A stretch of 63,657 bases of DNA, the filler included. It is 16 parts of 16 records of this genome, joined end to end, with 100 filler letters (N's around TTAATTAATTAA, not from the genome) between each part and the next. Parts side by side here need not be neighbours in the genome. Positions count along the whole stretch, not along the records: positions 1 to 5,321 come from SRR15195285_19774; positions 5,422 to 9,767 come from SRR15195285_19903; positions 9,868 to 14,212 come from SRR15195285_19961; 13 more parts are not named here. One strand, written 5' to 3'. Position numbers and translations under genes: made by a program. Within the stretch, counting starts at the first letter, position 1, and the number at the start of each line of letters is the position of its first letter. This document shows positions 1-12,900 of this stretch, in pieces. The notes beneath the pieces were generated by a model, which saw only the letters and a program-made list of their open reading frames with translations, made no database searches and was not told where the DNA came from.

Positions 1-979
1 TCAAGCCCTAAGCGGCGGTACCTGGTTCAAATAAACAGGCTGACGTTTCGGGCGCGCACCTGTGCAGTGTAGAGTCGTTTGACGAGTACATCTGCCCTCC
101 ACTGACACCATCCCATCGATGGCCGTTCTTCCAGATCTGGCCCATGTCCGAGAGAGATCCTGCTACTGGGTTCTGGGGGTCTTTGGTCCACCGCAGCAGC
201 TCTGGGTCAGAGAGGTCGCTTGCTCGAGCTACGGCCATGATGGGTGGATCGCCACTCGTCAGGTTGGATGGCACACGTGTTGTATTGTCGCCCATGGACA
301 GGACAGACGGCACAGAGGTCTGTGGAGCGTATAAAATGACAGGCAATCCATCATTGACACCTGATGCAACGGTCAGGCTTCCGTCCCAGCAGCCACACTG
401 GTCGTAGACATGCTTGGGATCGTTGTCCGGCGTCAACGGATGACGCACGTTCTTCCAGTGCACGCCGTCGTACGACAGCGAATGCGCCCAGCCACACTGC
501 CCAAACTGGTGAAACACTGCATCGATGGCAGGAGCCAAATTGTGCGCATTCATATCAGCAAGTTGCTTCTGTGCAGACGGTGCAAGTACGGATGCTTGGG
601 AGACCACACCATGCCAGACGCCCACCCGCTGGAAGATGCTACTGACGTCGTTCACGCCCACTGGCTGCGAGCCATCGCCATCGGTGAAGTTTCCCAGAAT
701 GTGAAAGATAGGCATAAAGGGATTCCTTATGCGACTCTGGCACTGCACCCCTTGGCGACATCCTGCGCTGCCAGGATCGCACGTGGCCGCGTTGGTTCTC
801 GGACCGACTGATGTCCCATCGTCGCCAAGTGCTGGGCACTGGTTGTACCTGGGAGGACACGTACGACCACTGCCAGGGCAGCCACCACGGGGGCATTTCC
901 CTTGGTGCTGCGCCCATGCCTGATGGCAGCACTCCGTTGGAACCAGCACCACCAGCACCACCAGTAACGGCAGCTGCAT
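1..979 (-). CDS. Secreted GH32-like (five-bladed beta-propeller) glycoside hydrolase, 3' truncated
   Basis: ATG at 979 with signal peptide (MQLPLLVVLVVLV) and a Cys-rich segment. GH32-like motifs PIFHI, VNDVSS, GVWHVFHQ, WAHSLSYDGVHW and GCWDGS. Intron 609-517 (GT..AG) joins GVWH-VFHQ; a further donor lies at 59 near the contig edge. Confidence 0.75.
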
Positions 980-1261
980 CTGCGTGGGACCCGCGCTTCG
1001 TTCCAAGGCGCCGGCGCGGCACCTGCTGTGAATGTACGCGACGCGTCAAGGCGCGCACGCGCCACTTTTACCGCGGCGGTACGCAGGGTGTGTCAGATGA
1101 TGTGTCCGCATGTAACAAAGCAACATTGTAATTTCTGTCGCCGGCGCCGGCGCCGCCGCGCCAGCCCGGGCGCCCTAGGGCCGCGCGGGCGCGCTGCGCG
1201 TGCATATACCCTCCAATCATTGGTGCGTGCTGGACGTCCCCACGCACAGTAGACCCGACAT

Positions 1262-4200
1262 ATGCTGCTCCTTGTGGTGGCCCTCGTATGTGTCACCACC
1301 ACCACGGTCAGTACAGCAGCTGCCGGCAAGCAGCCCAACAGTGCGTGCCTCTACATGCCGTGCTGCGTCCGTCGCACGTTTCCATCTTGCCTGCATACAT
1401 GCGGGGCCATATAAAACTGAAGCTGACGATCCGGTGATGGGCTTCGGCTTGCAGTTGTGATTTTGTTCGCGGATGACTTTGGATTCGGGGACCTGCCATC
1501 TTACGGTCACCCTACCCAGGAGCGTGGCGCTATCGACACCATGGCAGATGAGGGCCTACGTTTCACTCAGTGGTACTCTGGTGACAGCCTCTGCACTCCC
1601 AGCCGCGCTGCGCTGATGACTGGAAGACTTCCCATCCGGAATGGCATGATTCCTGCCGGCACTGGCGCTCAGCGGGTCGGTGCGCCGGCAGACTCTGGTG
1701 GGTTACCAGACAGCGAGATAACGCTGGCCGAGGCGCTCAAGGCGCAAGGGTACGCTACGGGGCAGGTCGGCAAGTGGTGAGTTTCAAGCTCGCGCGCGTC
1801 AGCTCGCCGCGGGGTGCTTCAAAGGCCGCCAGCAAGCTAGCTGGCTCACATCTTTGCAGGACGGAACTAAAGTCTACGTCGCCATATTATGGAACCTAAC
1901 TGTGTGGGTTGCCATATTTGCACGTATCGTAGGCACTTGGGTATCAATCGTGCGAACAACACTGATGGCCACTACCTTCCCCTTAATCGTGGCTTCGATT
2001 TCAGTGGGCTTACCATCCCCTTCTCCAACCACTGGGCCTGTGATGAGAAGCAGATTCATATGGCCGCCCCAAACCCTAGCGTGTGCTTTCTCTATCGCGG
2101 CCAGAAGATGGTACAGCAGCCCATCGATCACCGGAATCTGTCGATGAACTTCGCCCGTGACGGTGTTGACTTCATCAACGCGCACGCTCACGGTCCCAAA
2201 CCTTTCTTTTTGTATTACGGCTTTGCCCACATGCACGTCAATATGTTCAACAACGAACAGTACGAAGGCTCCTCTGTCAACGGTGTGTGGGGGCAAGGGA
2301 TGAACGAAATGCAGTGGGAAGTGGGGCAAGTCCTGGACGCACTGCGGGCACAGTCGATTGAGAAGGAAACTCTGGTCTTCTTCACCTCTGACCATGGCCC
2401 ACACATCGAGCTCTGCCTAGAGGGTGGAAACGCGGCTGGGCTGCGTGGTGGCAAGGCATATAGCTCATGGGAGGGAGGAATGCGGGTGCCTGGCATTGCT
2501 TGGTGGCCGGTAAGACTGACGCACTATCGGCTTTCTGCCTGTCTAGCCTCTTGTCGCGTGTGTTGCAGCGCGGGCTCTTAACGAGTTGATGTGCAGGGTA
2601 CGATTGCGCCTGGATCGACTAGTTCAGCAGTTGTGAGTACGATGGACATGTTTGTCACCGCAGTCGATGTAGCAGGCGGGTCACTCGCGACAGACCGCAC
2701 GTATGATGGCCGCAGCTTAGTACCGTTGCTCAAGTCTGCAACACCAGCGACTGTCACTACACCACATGATTTTTACTTCTACTACTGCTCGTCCCGGCTC
2801 ATGGCTGTCCGTCACGGCACCTACAAGGTATTCTGCCTCTTTCTTTGGGCGCACATCAGCCTTACCGTTGCTTAGCAAAGAGTTGGGCGAACGAGTCAAT
2901 GTTTTTTGGGTTCATCGATGATCTCCTAATTGATTGCACTGTACCCATCTGCTCTTTTGCCGTGCGCCGTCGCAGGTTCGATTCTTTTCAGAGGAACTGC
3001 CACATGATGACTACCCACAGACCAACTGCGCTGCAGGCGGCCCGACAGGGAGCTCGGTCGGCCAGTCTGGTAAGAACACGGTTAGGTTAAGAACTTGTTT
3101 GTGCACCATTATCCTGTATGGATTATTGACGCAAATGCATTGAGGAGTAGACTTGTGCTGTGTGTGTTGACTGGACTGGAACATGCAGGTTCTCCCCACG
3201 GCGAATTCTTTCAGACTTGGGGCTGCTACGGAAAAGGTGTCCATTCGAGTCGTTTTGGTTGCATGACACGGAGTGATTTTAGTTTGGACTGGGCTGCTTT
3301 TTGTCCCCCACTGACGCGATACACCGCTTGCAACGGACATTGAGCAGGTATCAACTTCCACGACCCACCACAAATTTTTGACATCGGCTCGGTAAGGTTT
3401 ACTCGCTTTCCAAACCACAGAAAACTGTTCAAGCAAATTGTTGACTCGGAGACAGTTTCTTCCTGGGGTCTCAGTACCATCATGGTGGGCGTTTGTTGCA
3501 GGATAAATCAGAATTGTACAATCTCAACAACGCCAACACAACAACCAAACCAGAGTACGAGACGCTGCTGAAGGCTGTGATTGCAGCGGTGGTTGCACAT
3601 AACGCGACTCTTGAGGGTGCGCAGCGAGCAGAACCCACCCAGCCGGTTTGTCGTCACTACCTTGAGCGACAAGAGATGCATTGGAATCATCCCACAAGCA
3701 GCTAATACTGACGCGTCTCTACGCCAATTGAATGCAGGCGAAGGGCCAAAAGGTCGTCAGCCGCCGCAGCTTGGGACTTCCACCACAACCAACCAACCGT
3801 GGGGATGTGGTCCGCCGCCTGACCCAGAGGCTCCGACCGGGCCAGCGCTTGGTAGCTGTTTGGGTGGACCTGGCGATAGCGGTTGGGATGTGCGCAACCA
3901 CACTGGTGGAGGTGGACCGGGGTGCGTTGCCTTTGAAGCTCTATTTCTGATGTAGCTGTTCAGTCAGACTCGATGATATGCCTGGTGATCGGACACGAGC
4001 AGGTTCATGGACTACCCAGGGTTCAACCTCACGCTCGACTCAGTGAACAAGTGTCGCGCACTATGTTGCGCGAATCCCCACTGCGTCTCGGTTACGATGG
4101 GTCCTGCTGGTGTGTACCATGACAAGCGTGCGCTTGAATCTCATCCGACCTGGCGCGCACTGACGTGCAACCTCTGGCCGCTAATCATCGCAGGTGAGGG

Positions 4201-4378
4201 TGGGGGTGAGAACAGCCACACGTGCTGGCTTAATCCGAAAGGAGGTATCGAGCCGTTTGCGCAAGAGACAACGCTCATGGCCTTTGTGAAGCGCAACAAC
4301 AGCACCGCGGTTGCCAGTCCCACGGGATCAGCTCCATGCCATTTCAACTATCCGAACCGTGACCCGCAGGTTTTATGA
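1262..4378 (+). CDS. Secreted S1 (formylglycine) arylsulfatase-family enzyme with C-terminal PAN/apple-like domain; 11 exons
   Basis: Signal peptide; motifs [42 protein letters not shown]. Introns 1341-1454, 1777-1932, 2510-2596, 2828-2975, 3070-3188, 3237-3347, 3392-3501, 3617-3737, 3922-4002 and 4110-4193 all keep frame. C-terminus has [11 protein letters not shown]...CWL. Confidence 0.93.
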
Positions 4379-4410
4379 ATCACCGATCGCTACCCATTTG
4401 GCGTACAAGG

Positions 4411-4442
4411 TCCTAGTAGATCATAGTAGATTCTAGTAGATC
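4411..4442. repeat. 10-bp tandem repeat x3 (core TAGTAGAT) between convergent gene ends
   Basis: tcctagtaga tcatagtaga ttctagtaga tc. Confidence 0.8.
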
Positions 4443-4448
4443 GCGGCG

Positions 4449-5221
4449 TCAATGGTCGACAGCCATCAGCCACCAATACAAGCAAATTGTACACGCTGCC
4501 CAGTCTTCCTCTTTAAGATCGTCATCTCTCGCCAACATCTCCGCGCACGCCTTGTGGAAGCCACGCCATAGCGTGTCAGCCGCTTTCAAGGTGACGCGCC
4601 GGCAATGATATGGTGGACCTCGCCTACCCACGAGTTACCTTTGATCTTCGTGCTGCTCGTGCGACTGTCCACCAGTCGTCCACCTCTTGATACCCTCCAC
4701 CACTCCAGTGCCTCCCCGCTCGGCAACGGTACGGCGGTGTGTAAAGTTCAGATGGATGCGGCACCCAGAGCTGAGGCGCCACATTGGAATAGCCACTAGA
4801 TCCTTGCTGAGCGTGAAACCATGCTCTGTGACAAACACCATGTACAATCATGCAGCAGTCCAGGGGCCATATCATGACAGATGGAATCGATAACAGAGAC
4901 CAGCAAGCGCATTTGGACGCTCGACTTGCCATCCTTGATGTCTTCCTGCTCAACACGGGCTCCGACCTCCTTTGACAGCGCGTCTCGCGCTTGCAGTGGC
5001 GTGGACGAAGCTGGCAGCACCAGCCGATGTCGTGTAGTGGTCGCCGCGACCGTGCCAACGGAGGTCAAGAATACGTCCAACTGCGGGCACCGTCGCTCTT
5101 CCTCTGGGTTGTAAGAGAAGCCAAATCGGAGGCCTCTATCCTCGTCTGACAGCCAACGCTGAGCCTCGGACGCGACCCGCAGCCCACCAATGATCGTGCC
5201 TGCGCTCACTGGCTCAACCAT
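4449..5221 (-). CDS. Hypothetical protein, probably 3 exons
   Basis: ATG at 5221 and three successive minus-strand ORF pieces (4796-5221, 4635-4847, 4449-4631) ending ...WWLMAVDH*. No family recognised and exact splice sites not resolved. Confidence 0.4.
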
Positions 5222-5321
5222 GCCGTGTCCGGCACGGCTGTCCGTGCTACACCGGCAGCCTGCGAGCGATGAGAGTGATCGAGCCGCCAGCGCGACTCGG
5301 GCGTAGGTGCAATATCTGTCC

Positions 5322-5421
5322 NNNNNNNNNNNNNNNNNNNNNNNNNNNNNNNNNNNNNNNNNNNNTTAATTAATTAANNNNNNNNNNNNNNNNNNNNNNN
5401 NNNNNNNNNNNNNNNNNNNNN
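5322..5421. other. Artificial contig-joining spacer (first of 15)
   Basis: 44 N + TTAATTAATTAA (stops in all six frames) + 44 N. The others start at 9768, 14213, 18094, 21678, 25869, 29143, 33074, 36448, 40358, 43764, 49639, 53048, 56160 and 59479. Confidence 0.99.
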
Positions 5422-8400
5422 TGCGCCAATACGGCTGGCAGCTTCACCTGCACCTGTAATGCTGGATACACGGGGGACGGTCAGTCGTGCTGCTTTGGCT
5501 CATGCCCAATGATTGATGCAGTGCAGTTTAACTCGCCGAACCCGGTCATTGCGCGCGTATCTTCGAGACTAGTTATTGATGTGTCTGTTGTAATTCCACG
5601 TCCTACCACACTTCCTGTTGCAGTCCGCTGGAGCGCACTTTTCGTATCTGATGACACGCTGTTCCGTGACCAAGATATTGTTGGTTTTAACTCAACTTAC
5701 GTTGTGTTTCCGCCGCACTTTTTCCAGATTGGAACGTTCGATCTTGAAGTTGAGGTTTGGCTGCATGGCATACGGCATTCAGGTGCTACAAATGCGCTTC
5801 GAATCGTGTTCGAAGAGACACCTTACGTAACTGCAGTAGTTGCTGGTGGAAGCTACAGAACAGTCGATACAGCATCTTCGCTGGTGTTGGACGCATCAAA
5901 TTCTACAGACCCAGACGTAGATCAAGTCGTGTGGGATGCGATATCGTGGACGTGTGAGAATCGCACAGCATCTCCACCGCTGCCTTGTTGGGGAGGGATC
6001 ACTCCACCAGCAGGCACGGAAAGTAACGCAGCTTTGGTGTGGGACTTGACCAGACATATGCAACAGACTGGGATTACAGGATTACTGGCGTTTTCCATAA
6101 ATGTCACATCCGGTACACGTTCGGATACAGCGGTGGCAACAGTTGAGATTGTATCCGTGCCGATACCGAGGGTATCTATACCACACGTCCGTGACAAATA
6201 CAATGCCAACAGCCGCATTGTTCTCGAGAGCGTGTCCGTGCGCCAGACAGGTGCTGCTGACCCGAGCGTTTCCTTAATGTGGTCTTGCTGGCCGTGCACT
6301 GATGACACATGTGCCGCACCCGCCGCACCATTCAACATTGCTGCGTTGGTCTCTACTGAATTATCGAGCCCAGTTCTTGTCATCAAACCAGGATCATTGC
6401 TGCCAGGTCGCACGTATCGATTTGCCTTGGTTGGTAGCTCTGGACGTGCCAGAGCGCAAGTGCAAGTGGATATTGTGATTAACGGTTCCCCCAGTGCGGG
6501 TCAGGTTGCTGTGGCTCCACAGGACGGTAGAGCTGTGACCGATACATTTCAGTTGACTGCAAGCGGCTGGACAGACGAGGATGTTCCTTTGTCTTACAGT
6601 TTTGCAGTCGATGGCGGCATCTTCACGCAAGCCTCGTATTCTTTAGATGCTAGCACAGTGCTCCCCGAAGGACTTGAGTACCGTAATTTTGAACGCGACA
6701 TATCTGTTAGCGTGGCAGACTCGTATGGAGCAAGTGCCAGTGCCTCAACATCCGTCACGGTGAGGCCGTACGTTCCATCAGCCAATGATCGACTAGAAGA
6801 TGCTGCTACTCTCTTGACTGCTGCTTCGGCCGTTGGAAGCGTTCAAAACACCTTGCAGCTGGTAAATGCACTTGCGGCATCGATGAACGGCATCGTTGAC
6901 AGCACAGAGAGTACTTCAACACAGAGCTGGGAGGACAAGATGGCAACTAGGGAACTGTTGACGGACTCATTGCTGAGCGCAACGGTTTCCATTGCCACGG
7001 AAACAAATTCAGAGACACGAGAGAGTGTAATGGCTCAGATTTCGACCAGTCTCGTGGCTGTGACTGCCAGTCCCGACCAGATCAGTGACGCGAGCCTCCG
7101 CTCATCCTTGGAGTCTATCCTTCTCGTTGCAGCTTTTTCTGTGGATCCAGCTGCTCGAAGAGCTCGTGAGACATCTGTTGATGTATTATTGGTAGAGAAT
7201 TTGGCTACGGCCACGAGCAATCTCGTGCAGAGACAAGCGCTGTCATCATCTTCCATCACAAACGCAGCACAGGCTGCGCTGGCCTCTGCCGCAACTCTAG
7301 ATATTGTTGACCAGTTGAGCTCGGCTATTGTCAGCGCTGCCGTTCCTGGCGAGATTCCTGCAGTTGTAACCACGGAAACGTTTAGCATTCAAAGCCAGAA
7401 GAATCATGCTGGTGCTTTTGCAGGCTCGATGCTACCCATTGAGAGTGACCTTTCCCGTCGAACTTTGACTGAACACGGCATTAGTGTATTCGTGCCCGAC
7501 GGAGCGTTTGATCGAGGCCGTGGCAGAGAAGGCGACGGACCAATCGATGCTAAGCTGATTCAATGGGAGACAAATCCGTTCTCGTTTGCTGCTGCACCCA
7601 ATGCAACTGACATGGCGAATATCAGCCTCGGTACCCGTGTACTGAGCCTTAGTTTTGCGAACGACGATGGACCGCTCAAAATCCGCGACCTGCAGCAGCC
7701 GTTTGTTTTGACGCTTGCTCGTGCCGCAGACATCCCAGCTGCAGGTGATCTCGGCGTTCACGTTAGATGTGCTTATTGGAATGTGAGTCTGCAAGAATGG
7801 GTTTTTGATGACCACGCAGGCCCAGCGAACGTTAGCAACACCGATGATATCAGTTGTCCTTTCAACCATCTGACCAGTGTGGCAGCATTTGTCGGGTACA
7901 TCAATACTCCATGCTTCGACTGCTGGGAGCAGTTTGTAAACAATCCATACGCTTTGGTACTGTGCAGCATTCTTGGTGGGGTTCTGTGCTGCAACTGCAT
8001 TGTTGCATTCGCGCGGTTCTACAAGTACTATATTCTTCCTCCAGAGCAAATCATCTCAAGCAAGTACGCTCAAAAACGGCAAAGAGTAATGCTTCCCGAT
8101 GCGGAGGTCCGAACGACAACCCGCGAGGACTGCAGCTACTGGATTCGCGTCAAGACATCAACGGGCGGAATCTGCTGCCCAGTCCCCGGCGATCCATTCG
8201 ACAATACGCAACGCATGCTTGTCTTCGTTGCCACAGGGATCGTGTCAATGACTGCATCCATCTACCTGTTTCAGCCTCCTGGCAAAGATCCAGAGTGTTT
8301 GCTTATTTGTGACCAGCAAAATGCTGAGCAAGAGGCAGAATGCAAAGAGCAATGCAGCGCGCCCACTCAAAACGCTGTCGCGGCAATGTTGTTGAGCGCA

Positions 8401-9760
8401 GTGATCACGACCCCGATTATAATCTTGCTGGGAATGCTTTTCACGTGGTTGCACAATCCGGTGCGAGCGATGTCAGCCTTGCTGTGTCTTACGTCCAGCG
8501 TGTACTCTGTGGCGTGCCACGTTCTAACACTGGCTGCAACTCTGCTGGATTTATGATTGTGTATTGCAGGTGCAGCGTGCAACAACCCCCGAAGGAGCAT
8601 TCACGAGCATATTGGACTTGCTGAAACTTGTATATGAAACTAGCAAAGCTCAGGCCCGCTACCTCGCGGAGGTAGCTGCAAGTATCGCTAATGCTGTTGG
8701 TGCACTTGTCAACGACGAGCCTATCAGAGCACCCCTTGTATTCGTTGAATATCTCTCTTCTTCAGGTGTGGAATTGAGCAACAGTGTTCAGGATTGGCAG
8801 ATGCTAAACCAAAGTGTACCACAAAACAATGGGCGATCGGTCACGCACAGAGGTGATGATGTCCCAATCTGCGCAGTGGTGCCGTTCACTATGGACTGTG
8901 ACTCAGACCAAAGCCACACCGTGGAGTTTCATGTAGTCAATGCTCTGGGGAGCGTGGTCATGGTGGGAGTGACTGCGGTGGCGTATGATCCGACTGATTG
9001 GCGCCAAGAGGGCGACCTGCCGTCGTCTACTGAGCACGGATGGATGTGGCGTTCCGAACACGGTGCATGTCTGCACGATAGCGATTTTCGCAGCTGGGAA
9101 GGCCAAGAAGGGTACGAGACTGGCGATTTGGTCCGTTTAGAGCTGGCCGCAGGAACTCTTACTGCGTATAAATTGGGCGCTGGGAGTAGCGAGTGGTCGA
9201 AGCTGGGCACGCTTGCTGATGGGCTTACGGGCAGCTTTCGCTGGTGTGTCGAGCTACAACAACGTGGGGACACACTCAACATTAGTGGCGACATGGAGAT
9301 AAAGCAGGACGACACGCTTCAGCCTGACGACAAAAATGACGATGACACGAAAGACGAAAATCCGAGCCCACCCATGGTTGATAATTTTCAGTTGGCTGGG
9401 GAAGGGGAAGATGTGTCCCAGTTGCCTACTCCTCGACATCCATGCGCAAGTTTGTTGCCGCTCATCTATGGGCTCTTGGTAGGTGGAGCTGGTTTGTTCT
9501 TTATCGCTACGTTCGCCGCACGACTTGGGCCACAGAGTACGCGGCTGTGGCTTGTTTCTGCACTCGGATCGGTCGTGTTGAAGATTCTTGTCGTCGAGCC
9601 AGCGCGTATCTTTGCGTCGACCGCGCTTCTTAACGTGGCCGAGCGGTGCTGCGCAGATAGACTGAAGTTAGCTCGCAGCCGAAAAGGTGACGATCAAACT
9701 GGCAACGTGGGGGCCGAAGTTGGTACGAATGCGATCACGAGCATGGACTGGCCAGGGTAA
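5422..9760 (+). CDS. Polycystin-1/REJ-like membrane protein: EGF, REJ, GAIN/GPS, TM helices, SPRY-like domain; 5' truncated
   Basis: EGF (CANTAGSFTCTCNAGYTGDGQSC) at the contig start. REJ motifs (LVLDASNSTDPD, G.V.V.P..G.A..DTF..TASGW.DED.PLSY.F). GPS (CAYWN...W...SCPFNHLTSVA) at about 7768-7890. Intron 8461-8569. SPRY-like segment (VMVGV...GWMW...GYETGDLVRLEL..GTLTAYK) followed by two TM helices. Confidence 0.85.
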
Positions 9761-9941
9761 TTTGACGNNNNNNNNNNNNNNNNNNNNNNNNNNNNNNNNN
9801 NNNNNNNNNNNTTAATTAATTAANNNNNNNNNNNNNNNNNNNNNNNNNNNNNNNNNNNNNNNNNNNNCTACGTGACTCTGTTTTTAAAACAGAGTCACGT
9901 AGTGGGACGTGGTGATGTTGTAGCCAGTCATGTCAAACACG

Positions 9942-12900
9942 TCATTGCCCATCGCTGCGTTCCAATGTCCGCCGTTGGTCTTCACACCACACTCTCAGTA
10001 GTAAGCAACCGAGTAGCACACTACACCCTAAGAAGGCCAGCCATATTGACTCCCAGAAAGATAGTGGCGATAGACACCATATCAGATCAGCCACAACTAT
10101 CATGAACACCACCACAAGAGCCACCATCATCCCTAGGAAATCAAGACAGCAAAAAAGGCATTTGGCCTCAACTTCAAGACAGCGTCGTCCTGTGTGTTTG
10201 TTCTGTTCTATAAAGCGGCGTCTGCTCAAGTGAGTGTAATAAAAGATAGCTAGAGGTGGCGTCAGCCCTAAAGTCAACAGCGCCATTTGCGAATCAAACA
10301 TCGGGTAACCATTGGCATGGATGAGCGTGGGCAAGTATTTACACCACGTTATCAGCACGGTTGAGGTCGCAACTGGCACAATGATCCAATCGTGTAGCTT
10401 TGCCTGCATCTCAAGAAACGGCTGTTCTTGCTTCCTGATAATATACTCCATGTAGTGGAAGGAAGTATTTTCAGGCATGCTTGAGAGTGCCTCAATCTCC
10501 CGTTCTCTTCTCTTCATTTTGAATCGTGTGCCTAGCGCCAAACCCGCCGAGAAGCAGAAACACCCGTTAGCTTGGTCAAACCATTCCGCACGAAACGGCG
10601 ATTCTGGCGACATCAATGTGAACATCAGCCCGGTCAAGCTCTGAAAAACCTTGAATTGCTGTGCAGCTTGTTTTTCTTGCTGTACAGTGTCTTGTCCTTG
10701 CCGGGCGCGTTCAAGTTTTTCAAGGCCGTTTTGTTGGCGTTGCATGTCATTGGCCTCCGCACCAAAACGCCGCCGACGCTCCGCGGCGACTGAGTCGCCA
10801 TTGACAAGGTATCCAATCGGATTCCAAAGGAATCTAACCGGAGCCGTTGCAACATTATAGATGGTCCTAGGCCAACCATACCGAGCATGCTCTGCCTCCT
10901 CGCGCTCCAATTGCGTCCTTCTCTGCTCAAGACGCGCCGTTTCTGCAGCTATTCGATCATCGAATTCCTTTCTTATCAAAGCCGATTCTCGAGCAGCCAT
11001 TGAGCTCGTCTCGCCACACCACCGAGTGATAATGGCCATGATCTGAAACACAGCAAATGCAGGAAATATTCGTGCGGCCAGATCTGGATAGTTCAGTGAC
11101 ATCAAATCATGTTCGGCCAGCTCGTACTTTGTGTCGAGATCCGCGGCTACCGAACCCCTACTGGTAGCATTCAAGGTCCCATTTGACTCGGCAACCTTGC
11201 TCGATGCTATGAAGCACCCACAGTACTTCATGAAAAGATAGCACTGTACACACTCACTTCCAATGGCGAAGACCATCTGACCGCTCGAACCATACACAAC
11301 ACCCTCAAACAACTGCCGAATCCAAGGTTCGAGGACAAACACTCCAAATACTTCGTAGGCCGAAAACGAGTGATGCTGCAAATGCACCGCAAAAATCGTT
11401 TCTGCCAGATTGACTAGCTCGATCACAAATGTAGCGATGGAACCAGTCGTCGTAGGCCATACAAGCGCAACCGAGCTCAACACAGCCGATGCCATCATAG
11501 CCAAGCCAGCTGTCAACGGTGCCCTAGTCCATCCAAACTTGTGCCAGGGAATCATCCCTACCGTATCATGGATCCATGGGACGCCACCAACCATGTGATC
11601 AAACACGATTGCGACACCCACACTGAACCACAAGAGAAACAACGCGCCCAAAAGCAATGTGCCTACGCGGGTACATGAATCGGAGTCAACCGGTCGAACG
11701 GAGACGTGCTCGTCATCGTATCCTGTTGAGTACTCGTAAGGTGATCCATCGTCAACGCCACTCTCAATACGCCCGGGTGTCGAATAGTTGCCGGCTCTAT
11801 GTCTGTTGCCAAAACTCACAACCATTTCGAACGCCATCATCAGCCCGGCAATCATTGTCATGATATACCCAATAGCAAGCGGGAAAGGCATGACGCTTGC
11901 TACAAACCAGCCGCAAATGAGCGCGAAGCAGCTGACCAAGTCGAATATGACGATGATGTCTGTCAGTAGTCCCGCCAAGGATCTCATGTCTCCACCTTTC
12001 GACAAAACTGCCCGTTGAACAAACTTTGCTGGCATGCAAGTGTACATCAGCAAGAAGCTAGTGCCGCCGCTCATGATCTGTGTCGCCGAGGCTTCGCCGG
12101 TCGCCTCGCTGTCGGCATAACATGCATTGATATCAAGCAGGAAAACTGCCGGGTTTTGCACTGCAGCGGCGGCAATCAATGCTAGATATACGAGCTCTCG
12201 TACGCCGACAACCCATCCGAGTGCATACTGCCGGCTGTCGAGCTGGTAGCCGACGGTCCAGAACGCCCCGATGTACGCAAGTGGTTGCAGCACGTGCCAG
12301 AACAACAGCCGCCCAATAGTGCATGCCACCCCCAAGTGGGTCGATAGCCCAGCTCGGCTGCATGCATTAGTCCAGCTGGAGTCTTCGCGACATATGTATG
12401 ACATGTGCACTCCTTGGATTTCGATGACATCAGCGGCTGGTCTACTATCTTCCGTGACCGTGAGCTTAATTGTCTTGTCGGTGAACCATGAAAAGCTGTT
12501 GTCAAAAACGAACACGATTTTGCCTGGCTCAGCAGGCTTGTATTTCCCCACAACCTTCTTTGTTCTGCCTTCATTTTTGACTACTTCTTGCTCGTGGTTG
12601 CCATCTGGTGTGCACGTGCTTCTTTCAAAGCGTATTTCCATGCAACAATCCTGATCGCCCTCGACTTGGGCTGAGTAGGAACAACAAACATCTGCTTGGA
12701 GCAACCAAGGGATTGCAAGTGTATGCCCGTCAGTCTTGCGCGTGACCCTGATGGTTTCTGAATACGTTCGACCGTCAATCCAGTCAGGCATGCCATTCGA
12801 TTCCCCGTACGGATCGTCGCTATCGAAGCCATTCGATTCTCCTTGCCGATTGTGTTGCAACCTTGGTTCACGGTTGCAGCTGAAGACACGAGTGAGTAGC

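Noticed and set aside
9298-9312. IKQDD after the SPRY-like domain as a second KxDD linker
   Set aside because: It lies in a low-complexity acidic stretch, so a chance match is likely.
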